NCBI GenBank assembly: GCA_046758905.1 | Contig: JBHIBC010000007.1 | Coordinates: 2,290-66,289 of the forward strand | Direction: 5' to 3' | DNA: 64,000 nucleotides | From: Acidobacteriota bacterium | GTDB lineage: Bacteria; Acidobacteriota; Polarisedimenticolia; Gp22-AA2 | Shown: one piece after another, positions 27,965-38,042 of the stretch | How positions within the stretch are numbered: position 1 is the first letter of the stretch | Layout: each line of letters starts with the position of its first letter | Position numbers and translations under genes: made by a program | The notes under the pieces: model-generated | What the model was told of the DNA's origin: nothing | Databases searched by the model: none | What the model saw: the letters and a program-made list of their open reading frames with translations, nothing else

Positions 27965-29308
27965 TCAGATCGTCCGCGCCAGGGTGTGGGTCTCCGAGGC
28001 GCTCGTGATCCGCAAGGCGACGAGCCGGTTGGAGAGGGCGTCGGCGTCCCGGCCGTCGAGGTCGACCCCGACGTCGATGAAATTGTCGGTCAGGGCGCGA
28101 AGACGTCCGTCCGGGCGGACCTCGCGCAGGGTGAGCGCCGGGAGATCGCGGCCGACGAACGATTCGCGGAAGCGCAGGGATATGCGTCGCGCCAGAGCGC
28201 GGAGCCTCGCGCCGCGCTCGGCGATGAGCCGCGGGTGGACCTGCCCCGGGAGGGCGGCCGCGCTCGTCCCGGGCCGGGGGGAGTACGGGAAGACGTGCAA
28301 GTAATTCAACGGCGAGGAGGCGACGAAGCGCAGCGTCGCCGCGAAGTCGGCCTCGGTCTCGCCCGGGAAGCCGACGATCACGTCGGCCCCCAGGCCGATC
28401 TCGGGCACGGCGGCGCGCAGGTCCTCGACCACGCGGGCGTAATCGGCGATCCTGTAAGGGCGTCGCATCCGGGACAGAACGGCATCGCTCGCCGACTGCA
28501 GGGGGACCTGCAGGTGCCGGGCGAGACGCCCTCCGCAAGAGGCCAGCAGGGAGCGGATCCGGGGGGTGACGGTCCTAGGCTCCAGCGAGTTGAGCCGCAG
28601 TCTCCCGAGCGCGGATCGCCGCAGCGCCCGGTCGAGCAAGTCGTGCAGCCGCAGCGGCGGATCCAGGTCCCTCCCATAGTCGCCGGTGTTGACGCCCGTG
28701 AGCACCATCTCGCGGTAGCCGGCGGCGGCGAGGCGCTCGATCCGCTCCAGAACCCGTTCGGGCGGCAGGCTCCGGCTCCGGCCGCGCACCGCGGGGATGA
28801 CGCAGTAGGAGCAGCGCAGATCGCAGCCGTCCTGGACCTTCAGGTAGGCGCGCGTCCGCTCGAGCGGTTCGGCCGGAGCCTCGCACCCCTCCGTCGCCCC
28901 GCACGGCCCGAGGTTGCGCCGCGCGGGATCGGGGCGGAGGCCGAAGGCCGCCGCCGCGATGGCCTCGATTCGCCCGGCCTGATCCTCCGTCCCCACGACG
29001 TGATCGATTGCGGCGGCGGCGCGCAGGGCGTCGGAGTCCCGCTCGGCGTAGCACCCGCTCGCGATCAGCAGCGCGCCCGGGTGAGCCCGCCTGAGGCGCC
29101 GGGCGATCTGGCGGGCCTCCCGGTCGGCGCCGGCGGTCACGGTGCAGGTGTTGAGGACGACCAGATCGACGGCCCCCGCGGACCCCGCGGCGACCGCCGC
29201 CGGGGGAGCGGCGCGGGCCATCCCGAGGGAGCGGAGCCGACCCTCCAGGGCGGCGGAATCGGCCTGGTTCAGCTTGCAGCCGAGCGTGACGATGCGATAG
29301 GTGGGCAC
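27965..29308 (-). CDS. mtaB: tRNA t6A37 methylthiotransferase MtaB (radical SAM)
   Basis: TLGCKLNQAD, NTCTVT, SGCYA, KVQDGCDLRCSYC (CxxxCxxC), GADVIVGFPGE, HVFPYSPRPGT. Confidence 0.93.
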   Translation of the reverse strand: MPTYRIVTLGCKLNQADSAALEGRLRSLGMARAAPPAAVAAGSAGAVDLVVLNTCTVTAGADREARQIARRLRRAHPGALLIASGCYAERDSDALRAAAAIDHVVGTEDQAGRIEAIAAAAFGLRPDPARRNLGPCGATEGCEAPAEPLERTRAYLKVQDGCDLRCSYCVIPAVRGRSRSLPPERVLERIERLAAAGYREMVLTGVNTGDYGRDLDPPLRLHDLLDRALRRSALGRLRLNSLEPRTVTPRIRSLLASCGGRLARHLQVPLQSASDAVLSRMRRPYRIADYARVVEDLRAAVPEIGLGADVIVGFPGETEADFAATLRFVASSPLNYLHVFPYSPRPGTSAAALPGQVHPRLIAERGARLRALARRISLRFRESFVGRDLPALTLREVRPDGRLRALTDNFIDVGVDLDGRDADALSNRLVALRITSASETHTLARTI

Positions 29309-29396
29309 GAACGGCGGCCTCCGCGGCGCATCACGGGAGGAGGCGATTGTAGCAGAGGCCGGATTCCCGACCGGCGGGGGAAGGCCGCTCGGGAGC

Positions 29397-29654
29397 TCAG
29401 GCGGCGTCGGGTCTCGGGCTCGGGCGGATCGGCTCCTCGCACACGCAGCGCTCGAGGAGGCGGTTGCACGCGAAGCAATAACCGTTCCTCGCGAAATAGT
29501 CGGCCATCTCCTCCTGCCAGGCGTCGATGAACCCGACCTTCTCGTAGTCCGTCATGTCGCTCATTTCGATGAGCAGGCGGATGTTCTCGCGCGACCTGTG
29601 GTAGGCGCGCAGGAGATCGAAGATCCTCTTCGCCCGCGACTCGGCGGCCCTCAC
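29397..29654 (-). CDS. Small hypothetical protein with C-terminal CxxC-x6-CxC motif (85 aa)
   Basis: GGGGAGG upstream of the GTG. Contains YCFACNRLLERCVC. Lies between purD and mtaB on the same strand. Confidence 0.7.
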   Translation of the reverse strand: MRAAESRAKRIFDLLRAYHRSRENIRLLIEMSDMTDYEKVGFIDAWQEEMADYFARNGYCFACNRLLERCVCEEPIRPSPRPDAA

Positions 29655-29758
29655 GATCCTCCCCTGCGACGGGGTTTCATGCTAGCACGGCCCGCCGTCC
29701 CGGGCAGGCGCCGCCGTGCCGGCCGCGCGGTGGCGGTGCAGCGGGGAGGGGGAGACGG

Positions 29759-31048
29759 TCAGCCTCTGCGCGCCGCCGCCTCCACCGCGTCGCGGGCGAT
29801 GTCGGTGCGGAAGTGCATGCCCTCGAAGCGGATCGTCCGCGCCGCGTCGTAGGTCCGCTGCGCCGCCTGGGCGAACGTCCCCCCGAGGGCGGTCACGGTG
29901 AGGACCCGCCCCCCGGCGGTGACCACCCCTCCGCCGTCGGGACGCGTGCCGGCGTGGAACACCTCCACCCCTTCCATCCCCGCCGCCGCGCCGAGGCCGC
30001 TGATGGGCTTGCCGGTCTCGGTCGGCCAGGGATAGCCGGCCGACGACAGGACGACGCAGACCGACCGTGCCCTGAGCCAGTCGATCCTGGCCTCCTCCAG
30101 ACGGCCCGCGAGGGTTGCCTGCAGGGCCGGGACGATATCGCTCTTCATGCGGACGGCGATCAGCTGGGCCTCGGGGTCGCCGAAACGGGCGTTGAACTCA
30201 AGGACCCTGGGGCCCTGCCCGGTAAGCATCAGGCCGGCGTACAGGACGCCGCGGTAGGGACGCCCCTCCTCCGCCATGCCGCTCACCGTGGGGATCAGGA
30301 TCGTGTCCAGGATGGTGCGGAAGGTATCGGCGTCGATGTTGACGGAAGGGGAGTAGCCTCCCATCCCGCCGGTGTTGGGGCCGACGTCGCCGTCCAGGAG
30401 CCTCTTGTAGTCCTGGCAGGTGACCAGGGGGAGGACGCGCTCGCCGTCGGAGAGGGCGAAAAGCGAGGCCTCGGTCCCCTCGAGGCGGTCCTCGATCACG
30501 ACGCGGTCGCCCGCCGATCCGTAGCGGCGCTCGACCAGCATCGCCTCGACCGCCGCGTCCGCCTCCTTCCGATTCGCGGCCACCGTGACACCCTTCCCTC
30601 CGGCCAGCCCGTCCACCTTGAGCACCACAGGACCGTCCGTCCGCTTCTTGAGGATCGCGCGCGCCTGCGCCGCGTTCGAGGCGACGGCGAATCTGGCGGT
30701 CGGGATCTTCCGCCGGGCCATGAACTCCTTCGCGAAGACCTTGCTGCCCTCGAGCTCCGAGGCGGCCCGGGAGGTCCCGAAGATCGGGAGGTTGCGCTTC
30801 TCGAACTCGTCCACGATGCCGAGCGTGAGCGGCAGCTCCGGGCCGACGAGCGTCAGGTCGATCCTGAGGGTGGCGGCGAAGTCGGCGAGCTCGACGATCG
30901 AGGAAGCGTCTATCGGGACGCAATCCCCGAGGGCCGCCATCCCGGCGTTGCCGGGCGCGCAGTAGAGCTCGCGGACGAGGGGGCTCTGGCGGATCTTCCA
31001 GGCGAGGGCGTGCTCGCGGGCGCCGCTACCGACGAGGAGGACCTTCAT
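29759..31048 (-). CDS. purD: Phosphoribosylamine--glycine ligase
   Basis: MKVLLVGSGAREHALAWK, APGNAG, LEGSKVFAK, DGLAGGKGV, GPNTGGMG, EFNARFGDPE, GGRVL. Confidence 0.97.
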   Translation of the reverse strand: MKVLLVGSGAREHALAWKIRQSPLVRELYCAPGNAGMAALGDCVPIDASSIVELADFAATLRIDLTLVGPELPLTLGIVDEFEKRNLPIFGTSRAASELEGSKVFAKEFMARRKIPTARFAVASNAAQARAILKKRTDGPVVLKVDGLAGGKGVTVAANRKEADAAVEAMLVERRYGSAGDRVVIEDRLEGTEASLFALSDGERVLPLVTCQDYKRLLDGDVGPNTGGMGGYSPSVNIDADTFRTILDTILIPTVSGMAEEGRPYRGVLYAGLMLTGQGPRVLEFNARFGDPEAQLIAVRMKSDIVPALQATLAGRLEEARIDWLRARSVCVVLSSAGYPWPTETGKPISGLGAAAGMEGVEVFHAGTRPDGGGVVTAGGRVLTVTALGGTFAQAAQRTYDAARTIRFEGMHFRTDIARDAVEAAARRG

Positions 31049-31253
31049 GTCTCCCGAGACGGCGGACCGGGTGGGTCGCTCTGCTCCACCGGCCGGGCCG
31101 CGAACTGGTTGGCCGGCGCCCCGCGGCACCGGAGCGGGCATTGTTTCATACGCGTTTCCGGGGCGTCAAGAACGGACGGGCCGTCGGGCCGGCCCCGCGG
31201 CCGCTGCGGGTATAATGACACGCCCGTCCGGGGCCGAAGATGGAGGTTTCGTG

Positions 31254-32558
31254 GTGACGCGAAGAAGGCTGTGCGCCGGCGTGTCGCTCCTGGTCGTGGC
31301 GCTGCTCGGGGCCGGCCCCGCCCGCGCGGTCGATGCCCCGGGTGGGGTCCGCCTCGCCGAGTCGCCGTCCGGGATCGAGCCCCCGGCGCTGATCGAGGGC
31401 GCCCTGGACGGCATCCCCGAGGACGAGCCCGAGATGGAGGCTTACTCCCACGGCAACTATGCCCTGTTCCTCGTCGGGTCGCTCTGGTCGATCGCCCTGC
31501 TGTGTCTGGTCGTGTTCACCGGCTTCGCCGGCACCCTGCAGCGGCTCGCGGAGCGCGTGGCGCGCGGCGCCAACCTCAAGGTGGCGCTGTACGCGGTCCT
31601 GCTCACGCTGGTGATGTTCCTGGGATCCTTCCCGCTCTCTCTCTACGGCGGGCTCCTGCGCGAGAGGAGCTACGGCTTCGCCAACCAGACTTTGTTCGAG
31701 TGGCTGGGAGACCAAGGGAAGGGTCTGATGGTGAGCGCCGTCCTATGGTCGATCCTCTGGACGGCGGTCTATTTCACGATCCGCAGGATGCCCCGGAGGT
31801 GGTGGCTGGCCGGCGCGGCCATCGGCATCGTCTTCATGATCGTGGCGCTCGCCGTCGCTCCGGTATTCATCGCCCCGCTGTTCAATACCTTCGAGCCGCT
31901 GAAGGACGAGGCCCTCAAGGACGACATCCTGGCGATGGCGCGCGCGCAGGGGATTCCCGCCGATGAAGTCTACCAGGTCGACGCGAGCCGGCAGTCGGAG
32001 CACAACAACGCGTACGTGGCGGGGCTGCTCGGGACCCAGCGGATCGTGCTGTACGACACCACGCTGCGGCGCTTCTCGCCGCGGGAGATCCGCTTCGTGA
32101 TGGGCCACGAGATGGGGCACTACGTGCTTCACCACATCTGGAGATTCGTCGCCTTCTTCTCGGTCGTCATCGTCTTCGCGTTCCTGCTCGTGGACCGCGC
32201 CGCCCGTCGGCTGATCGCCGTCCGGCCCGGGCTCGGGATCGCGAGCCTCGCCGAGCCGGCCTCGCTGCCGGTGATGATGCTGATGTTCAACCTGCTCTTC
32301 TTCGTGATGACGCCGGCGGTCGCGTCCTTCAGTCGCGTTCAGGAGCGCCAAGCCGACCAGTTCGCCCTCGAGGTCACCGGGGACCCGCTCGCCGGCGCCT
32401 CCTCGTTCATCAAGTTCGCCCGCCACGACCTGGGCGAGTACCAAGTCCACCCGTGGATCGAGACGCTGCTCTACACCCACCCCAGCCTCGGGAGCCGCAT
32501 CCGCCACGCGCAGGACTACGCGCGGGCGAGGGGTCTGGAGGGCGGGAGGGCGCGGTAA
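31254..32558 (+). CDS. M48 family (Ste24/HtpX-like) membrane metalloprotease
   Basis: Multiple TMs, NAYVAG, HEMGH zinc motif, ERQADQF, THPSLGSRI. GGAGG RBS and TATAAT at 31211. Confidence 0.92.
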   Translation: MTRRRLCAGVSLLVVALLGAGPARAVDAPGGVRLAESPSGIEPPALIEGALDGIPEDEPEMEAYSHGNYALFLVGSLWSIALLCLVVFTGFAGTLQRLAERVARGANLKVALYAVLLTLVMFLGSFPLSLYGGLLRERSYGFANQTLFEWLGDQGKGLMVSAVLWSILWTAVYFTIRRMPRRWWLAGAAIGIVFMIVALAVAPVFIAPLFNTFEPLKDEALKDDILAMARAQGIPADEVYQVDASRQSEHNNAYVAGLLGTQRIVLYDTTLRRFSPREIRFVMGHEMGHYVLHHIWRFVAFFSVVIVFAFLLVDRAARRLIAVRPGLGIASLAEPASLPVMMLMFNLLFFVMTPAVASFSRVQERQADQFALEVTGDPLAGASSFIKFARHDLGEYQVHPWIETLLYTHPSLGSRIRHAQDYARARGLEGGRAR

Positions 32559-32579
32559 GAGGACGCCGCCCGGCTCGGG

Positions 32580-34397
32580 CTATCGGTTCCCGGCGCGAAG
32601 CCGGACGGAGGTGGGGGGTCGTGCACCTCCGTAGTACCGCTGCAGGGCGTCAACATACGCGTCGGCCACCTTCTGGCGGTAGGTGGGAGATGCGAGCGAG
32701 CGGCTGTCGGCGCGGTTGCTCAGGTTGCTGACCTCGATCAGGACCTCCACGGGCACCTGGTTGCAGCGCAGGACGGCCGGGACGAAGGAGCGGCCCCTGC
32801 GGACGATGCGCTCGCGAACCGGTCCGTACGGATGGACCCTCACGCCGCGCCGGCGGAACTCTCGGACCACCGCACGGGCGAACTGGCGCGACAGACCCTC
32901 GGATCGCTCGCGCTCCGACCTGGTGAAGGAGACGTAGCGCTGCTCGCGTACCTCGCGGTGTCTGCTGTAGACGGTGCCCCTGTGACCGTACCGGCCGCGC
33001 CGGTACTCCTCGCCCGGGACGTACACCATGGCGCCGCCCACCGACGGATGCCGGGCGTCCGCGTGCAGGCTCGTGAAGACGATCTTCAAGGGGTCGAACC
33101 CCTCGGCGACCAGCCTGCGGTAGTATGAGTTCGCCAGATACCAGCGCAGGTTGACGCTCGCGGTCCGGTGCCGGAGACGGTAGGGCGGCGTCGTGAGCAG
33201 CACCTCGGCCCCGCTGCGGGGCAGTCGCCTCCGCTCGTAGATGCGGTAGCCCTCCTTCCGGTCCTTGATCGTCGTGAGGACCTTCGCGCCGGTCTCCCTC
33301 TCCAGGCGGGCCTTGATCCGGGCCATGACGTCGTAGACATAATCGTGCTCCCAGATGCCGTTGTGCGAGGTGCCGATGTCGCGGCCCCCGTGGCCGGCGT
33401 CCAGGATGACCGCCACCCCCTTCAAGTTCCGGCTCCGGGCCCGGTTGGTGTAACGGGCCACCTCGGCCCGGCCGCGCTCCCAGGCCTGGCGGCGCGGGTG
33501 GTCCTCCGGCAGGTACTGAGGCAGCAGGTGCTGCAGGGGGATCTTGACCCGAAAGCCGACCGGGATGTCGGTGACGTCGCGGATGCCGCTGCGGCGGGCG
33601 ATGGCGCGGGCCAGGTCGTTCACCTCGGCCGCGTCGACGACGCCCGTGTACCGCACGACCACCGCCGAGTAGAGCGCTTCCCCGCGCCGCAGCCGGTAGA
33701 TGGCGAAGCGGCCCCGGGTGTCCGCCCCGTAGGTGAGCCGCTCGGCCCCTTCCGCCGGCGGCAGCCGGACGGCGGGCGCCGGCCCGGACCCTTCCGCGCC
33801 CCGGTCCTCCGCGGGCGGCGCGCCGCGGGTCACGGTCTTCAGTCCGGCCAGGCGCGCGAACGGGGGCAGCAGGATCTCACCCGGGATGAGGATCTCCTCC
33901 CCGGCGGGCGGGCTCAGGTCGGGCAGGCCGTTGCGGTCGGCCAGGATCTCGAAGTTCTCCCCGCGCCCCGTGAACCAGAGGGCCAGGTGCCACAGGCTCT
34001 CCTCGGCCGCCGGGATCCGGCCTTTCCCGACGCGGTGCATCCAGTTCCCGGAACGCGGGACGTCCTCGGGAAACAGGTCCCCGATCACCCTGACCTTGTA
34101 GTCGTCGTTGAGCGAGGCGTACGGGATCCGGATCCAGCGTCCGGCCTCCGGCGGCGAGTCGCCGTTGAGCGAGCGGACGGCGCGGAGCTCGCGCAGATCG
34201 ATGAGGTAGCGCTGTCCGATCGAGGCGTAGGTCTGCTGAAAGCCCACGCGCACCTCGAGGAAGAGATCCCCTTCCGCACTGACCGAGGCGCGCTCGTCCG
34301 GGGGGAGGGTGGGCGCGAGCGCGAGGAGGGCGAGCCCGAGGGCCGCGCCCGGGAGGATCGCGCGTCGGTCCGAGGCATCGCCGAAGAGCGCGTTCAC
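32580..34397 (-). CDS. N-acetylmuramoyl-L-alanine amidase (Amidase_3) with N-terminal LysM-like repeats
   Basis: [16 protein letters not shown] and VLIEVSNL zinc-amidase motifs. Three LysM-like segments end in WIRIP, ILIP and VKIP. Confidence 0.88.
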   Translation of the reverse strand: MNALFGDASDRRAILPGAALGLALLALAPTLPPDERASVSAEGDLFLEVRVGFQQTYASIGQRYLIDLRELRAVRSLNGDSPPEAGRWIRIPYASLNDDYKVRVIGDLFPEDVPRSGNWMHRVGKGRIPAAEESLWHLALWFTGRGENFEILADRNGLPDLSPPAGEEILIPGEILLPPFARLAGLKTVTRGAPPAEDRGAEGSGPAPAVRLPPAEGAERLTYGADTRGRFAIYRLRRGEALYSAVVVRYTGVVDAAEVNDLARAIARRSGIRDVTDIPVGFRVKIPLQHLLPQYLPEDHPRRQAWERGRAEVARYTNRARSRNLKGVAVILDAGHGGRDIGTSHNGIWEHDYVYDVMARIKARLERETGAKVLTTIKDRKEGYRIYERRRLPRSGAEVLLTTPPYRLRHRTASVNLRWYLANSYYRRLVAEGFDPLKIVFTSLHADARHPSVGGAMVYVPGEEYRRGRYGHRGTVYSRHREVREQRYVSFTRSERERSEGLSRQFARAVVREFRRRGVRVHPYGPVRERIVRRGRSFVPAVLRCNQVPVEVLIEVSNLSNRADSRSLASPTYRQKVADAYVDALQRYYGGARPPTSVRLRAGNR

Positions 34398-35878
34398 GCT
34401 TCGGCGCCGGCGGCGGCGAGCGGCGGCCGGAGCTCGCGCAGCCCCAGCTCCGCCTCGAGCGACGCGGCGACGCGCAGAACCGTCTCCTCGTCGAACCGTC
34501 GCCCTACGATCTGCACCCCGACGGGGAGCTGCGCCCGGGTCAGGCCGCAGGGGATGGAGATCCCGGGGAGGCCCGCGAGGTTGAGGGTCACGGTGAAGAT
34601 GTCGGACAGGTACATCGACAACGGATCGTCCACCTTCTCTCCCAGCCGGAAGGCGGGGGTCGGGGAGGTGGGGGTGAGAATCGCATCCACCTCCTGGAAG
34701 GCCCGCTCGAAGTCGCCGCGGATCAGGGTGCGCACCTTCTGGGCCTTCAGGTAGTAAGCGTCGTAGTACCCGGCCGAGAGCACGTAGGTCCCGAGCATGA
34801 TCCGCCGCTTGACCTCCGCGCCGAACCCCTCGCCGCGCGTCCGGACGTAGAGGGCGGCCAGATCGTCATCGCCGTCCGCGCGGCGCCCGTAGCGCACCCC
34901 ATCGTAGCGCGCCAGGTTGCTGCTCGCTTCGGCCGTCGCGACGATGTAGTAGTCGGGGATGGCGTACCGGGTGTGCGGCAGCGAGATCTCCACGATCCGG
35001 CTGCCGGCCCTCTCCGCCGCCCGCAGGGCGGAGCGCACCGACGCCTCGACCTCCGGGTCGATGCCGCCCGAGAAGTACTCGCGCGGCACCCCGATGCGCA
35101 GCCCGCCGATCCCGCGCCCCAGGGGGGCCAGGTAATCCGGCACGGCCAGCGCCGCCGATGTGGCGTCGCGCGCGTCCCGGCCGGCGATGACCTGCAGGAC
35201 GCGCGCCGCGTCCTCCACGGTGCGCCCCAGCGGCCCCACCTGGTCGAGGGAAGACGCGAAGGCGACCAGGCCGAAGCGGGAGACCCGGCCGTAGGTCGGC
35301 TTCATGCCGACGACGCCGCACAACGACGCCGGCTGGCGGATCGATCCGCCGGTGTCGGTGCCGAGGGCCGCCGGGGCCTCCGCGGCCGCCACGGCCGCGG
35401 CCGATCCGCCGCTCGACCCGCCCGGAACGCGACCGAGGTCCCAGGGGTTGCGCGTCGTCTCGAAGGCCGAGTTCTCCGTGGAGGAGCCCATGGCGAACTC
35501 GTCCATGTTGGTCTTCGACACGATCACGGCTCCGGCGGCGCGCAGCCTCTCCACGCATGTGGCGTCGAACCCGGGCACGAACCCCTCGAGCAGGCGCGAG
35601 GCGCACGTGGTCCTCGAGCCGCGCGTGCACAGGGCGTCCTTGACCGCGATCGGGACGCCGGCGAGGGGGCCGAGGGGTCGGCCGGCCCGGCGGTCCCGGT
35701 CGATGCGGGCGGCGGCCTCGAGGGCTTCGTCCTCAAGCAGCAGGCGGCAGGCGCGGACCTTCGGCTCGACCCGGCGCGCGCGGTCCAGGTGGGCGCGGCA
35801 GACCTCGACGGCGCTGACCTCCCCCGAGCACACCAGGGACCGGATCTCCCCGACGCTGCGTTCGATAAGGAGGCTCAC
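34394..35878 (-). CDS. gatA: Asp/Glu-tRNA amidotransferase subunit A
   Basis: [52 protein letters not shown]. Confidence 0.97.
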   Translation of the reverse strand: MSLLIERSVGEIRSLVCSGEVSAVEVCRAHLDRARRVEPKVRACRLLLEDEALEAAARIDRDRRAGRPLGPLAGVPIAVKDALCTRGSRTTCASRLLEGFVPGFDATCVERLRAAGAVIVSKTNMDEFAMGSSTENSAFETTRNPWDLGRVPGGSSGGSAAAVAAAEAPAALGTDTGGSIRQPASLCGVVGMKPTYGRVSRFGLVAFASSLDQVGPLGRTVEDAARVLQVIAGRDARDATSAALAVPDYLAPLGRGIGGLRIGVPREYFSGGIDPEVEASVRSALRAAERAGSRIVEISLPHTRYAIPDYYIVATAEASSNLARYDGVRYGRRADGDDDLAALYVRTRGEGFGAEVKRRIMLGTYVLSAGYYDAYYLKAQKVRTLIRGDFERAFQEVDAILTPTSPTPAFRLGEKVDDPLSMYLSDIFTVTLNLAGLPGISIPCGLTRAQLPVGVQIVGRRFDEETVLRVAASLEAELGLRELRPPLAAAGAEA

Positions 35879-36162
35879 CCGATGACCCTGGGGACCTTGA
35901 AGTAGCCGCGGGCCGATTCCGGCGCGTTGGCCAGCGCCTCCTCGTGAGGCAGCGAGTCGCGCACGCGATCGTCGCGCAGCGGGGGCTCTCCACCGTCGAG
36001 GTGCGATGTGGGCTCGATCGAGTCGGTGTCGAGCCGCTCGAGCTGCGCCACGTAATCGAGGATGGAGTTGAGCTGCCGCGTGAAGCGCTCGTACTCCTCA
36101 TCGCTGAACTCGAGGTTCGCCAGTCGGGCGATGTGGCGGACCTCGTCTCTGGAGATCGGCAC
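35875..36162 (-). CDS. gatC: Asp/Glu-tRNA amidotransferase subunit C
   Basis: [45 protein letters not shown]; coupled to gatA. Confidence 0.95.
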   Translation of the reverse strand: MPISRDEVRHIARLANLEFSDEEYERFTRQLNSILDYVAQLERLDTDSIEPTSHLDGGEPPLRDDRVRDSLPHEEALANAPESARGYFKVPRVIG

Positions 36163-36220
36163 GCCGGTCCTCCGCGCCCGGGGATTATACCCGACGGTCG
36201 TTGTGGTAGCCTGTCGGCGC

Positions 36221-37192
36221 ATGGGGTGCTCTGCCTCCGCGCGGCCGGGAAGCATCGGGGCGCTGGTCGCCTGCCTGCTTGTCGCCACCCCGGGGGGCGC
36301 CACGGACCGCGACGGGGGGCGCGGCGCCCCTTCGGGCGACGGCGCCCGCCTCGTGACCGCGCGGCGCGTGTCGGTGGAGACCATCGCCGTCGACCGTCGG
36401 GGCACGCGGAGCGTCGGCGCCGACGAGGCGGACATCTTCCCCGGGGACACCGGCGTGCTGCGGAAGGTGGTGACGCTCGCGGGCGGGCGCGGCCCGGCCG
36501 CGCCCCCGGAGCGGGTCGGGGTGACGGCCCGGATCACGCCCGAGGTTCGCGGAGACGGCGCCTGCATGCTGAGGGTCGAGACCGTGGCCCGCCATCTCCC
36601 CTCGGCGCCGAGCGGGCCGACGTCCGTCCCCGACCGGAGGGTCGCGTCGTTCGTCCTGAGCGGCCCCGAGGATCGTCTGATCGAGGCCTACTCGTCCGAC
36701 GTCACGGGCGGCCGCGTGAAGCTGCGGATCCGCTGCGCGGCTTCACCTCCGGGGCTCCCGGAGGCGCTGCGCTTCGTCGACATCGTGCTGTCGATCTCGC
36801 GGGCCGAGGGGATTCGGGGCGAGTGGACGCCCCTCAAGAGCAATGTGCTGCGCGCCGTCCTCGGCCGGGAGGCGAGCAACTCCTTCTCCTTCAACGTGCC
36901 GCTGCCGGAGGCCGGGGAGGGGGGAAAGCGCTACCGCCGCGAGAGGCTCGAGGTCCGCATCGCCCCGCAGGTCGAGTCGGGCGGGCGGCTTCAGATGGAC
37001 CTCGCGGTCGACGGCGAGATCGCCACCGTGTCGAGCCTCGAGCCGACGGTGAGCCATCCGGTCGGATACGCGGAGACGATCGTGCTCGCGCGGGGCGGGG
37101 GTCACACGGTCGATCTGAGCGTCCTGTCCTCTTCGCCGGCGGAAGGCTGGTCCGGGGTGCGCTACCGACTTCGGGTGACGGCCCGGTTCTGA
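36221..37192 (+). CDS. Exported beta-rich hypothetical protein with two secretin-like segments
   Basis: Hydrophobic N-terminus. VGVTARITPEVRGDG and LEVRIAPQVESGGRLQMDL resemble the secretin beta-hairpin. Ends in Phe. Confidence 0.6.
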   Translation: MGCSASARPGSIGALVACLLVATPGGATDRDGGRGAPSGDGARLVTARRVSVETIAVDRRGTRSVGADEADIFPGDTGVLRKVVTLAGGRGPAAPPERVGVTARITPEVRGDGACMLRVETVARHLPSAPSGPTSVPDRRVASFVLSGPEDRLIEAYSSDVTGGRVKLRIRCAASPPGLPEALRFVDIVLSISRAEGIRGEWTPLKSNVLRAVLGREASNSFSFNVPLPEAGEGGKRYRRERLEVRIAPQVESGGRLQMDLAVDGEIATVSSLEPTVSHPVGYAETIVLARGGGHTVDLSVLSSSPAEGWSGVRYRLRVTARF

Positions 37193-37199
37193 GCCGGGG

Positions 37200-37940
37200 A
37201 TGCGGTCGCGCTCGGCCTGGGTCCACCTTCCTTATTACCGGGCCCTGCTGCGGGCCTACGGCCCCCAGGGGTGGTGGCCCGCGCGCACGCGCTTCGAGGT
37301 GGTCGTGGGCGCCATCCTGACCCAGAACGTCTCCTGGACGAACGTCGAGAAGGCCCTCGCGGCGCTGCGCCGCGAGGGACTGCTGAGCCCGGACAGGATG
37401 CGCCGCGCGCCGCTCCGTCGGATCGCGCGGCTGATCCGTCCGGCGGCGTACTTCAACCAGAAGGCGCGCGGGTTGCGCGCCTTCCTCGAGATGGTCGAGC
37501 GCGACAGCGGCGGGCGCCTGGGCCGACTCCTGGCGCTGCCCGCCCCCGAGCTCAGGGAGCGCCTCCTGGCGGTGTCCGGGATCGGGCCGGAGACGGCCGA
37601 CTCGATCCTGCTGTACGCAGCGGCCCGACCGGTGTTCGTGGCGGACGCGTACAGCCGCAGGCTGTTCGCGCGCCACGCCGTCCTGGACGCCGAGGAGGGG
37701 TACGAAGAGGCCCGCCGCCTGCTGGGATCGGGCCTGCCGGCGGACCCGGTCCTGCTGGGGGAGTATCATGCGCTGCTCGTGAGGGTCGGCAAGGAGCGCT
37801 GTCTGAGGCGGGAGCCCCGGTGCCGCGGCTGTCCCCTGGAGACGCTCCTCCCCTCCGGGGGCCCGAGGCCGCTCCGTTGCGCGAGACGTCCAAGCCGCCG
37901 TACGCGCCGTGCCGGTCGGGGTCGGCACCGGGCCGATTGA
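37200..37940 (+). CDS. HhH-GPD (endonuclease III-like) DNA glycosylase family protein
   Basis: YGPQGWWP, GAILTQNVSWTNVEKA, GIGPETADSILLY, EYHALLV, CxxxxPxCxxCPL. Confidence 0.9.
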   Translation: MRSRSAWVHLPYYRALLRAYGPQGWWPARTRFEVVVGAILTQNVSWTNVEKALAALRREGLLSPDRMRRAPLRRIARLIRPAAYFNQKARGLRAFLEMVERDSGGRLGRLLALPAPELRERLLAVSGIGPETADSILLYAAARPVFVADAYSRRLFARHAVLDAEEGYEEARRLLGSGLPADPVLLGEYHALLVRVGKERCLRREPRCRGCPLETLLPSGGPRPLRCARRPSRRTRRAGRGRHRAD

Positions 37941-38042
37941 CTTCAGGCCCCTGAGTCGGCTAGCGTAAGCGCCGCTCGTCGGCCCGAGCGCCCTTCGGGT
38001 TCAGGTCCCGGGGTTCGGAAAAATGGACGCGGAGGACGGCCC

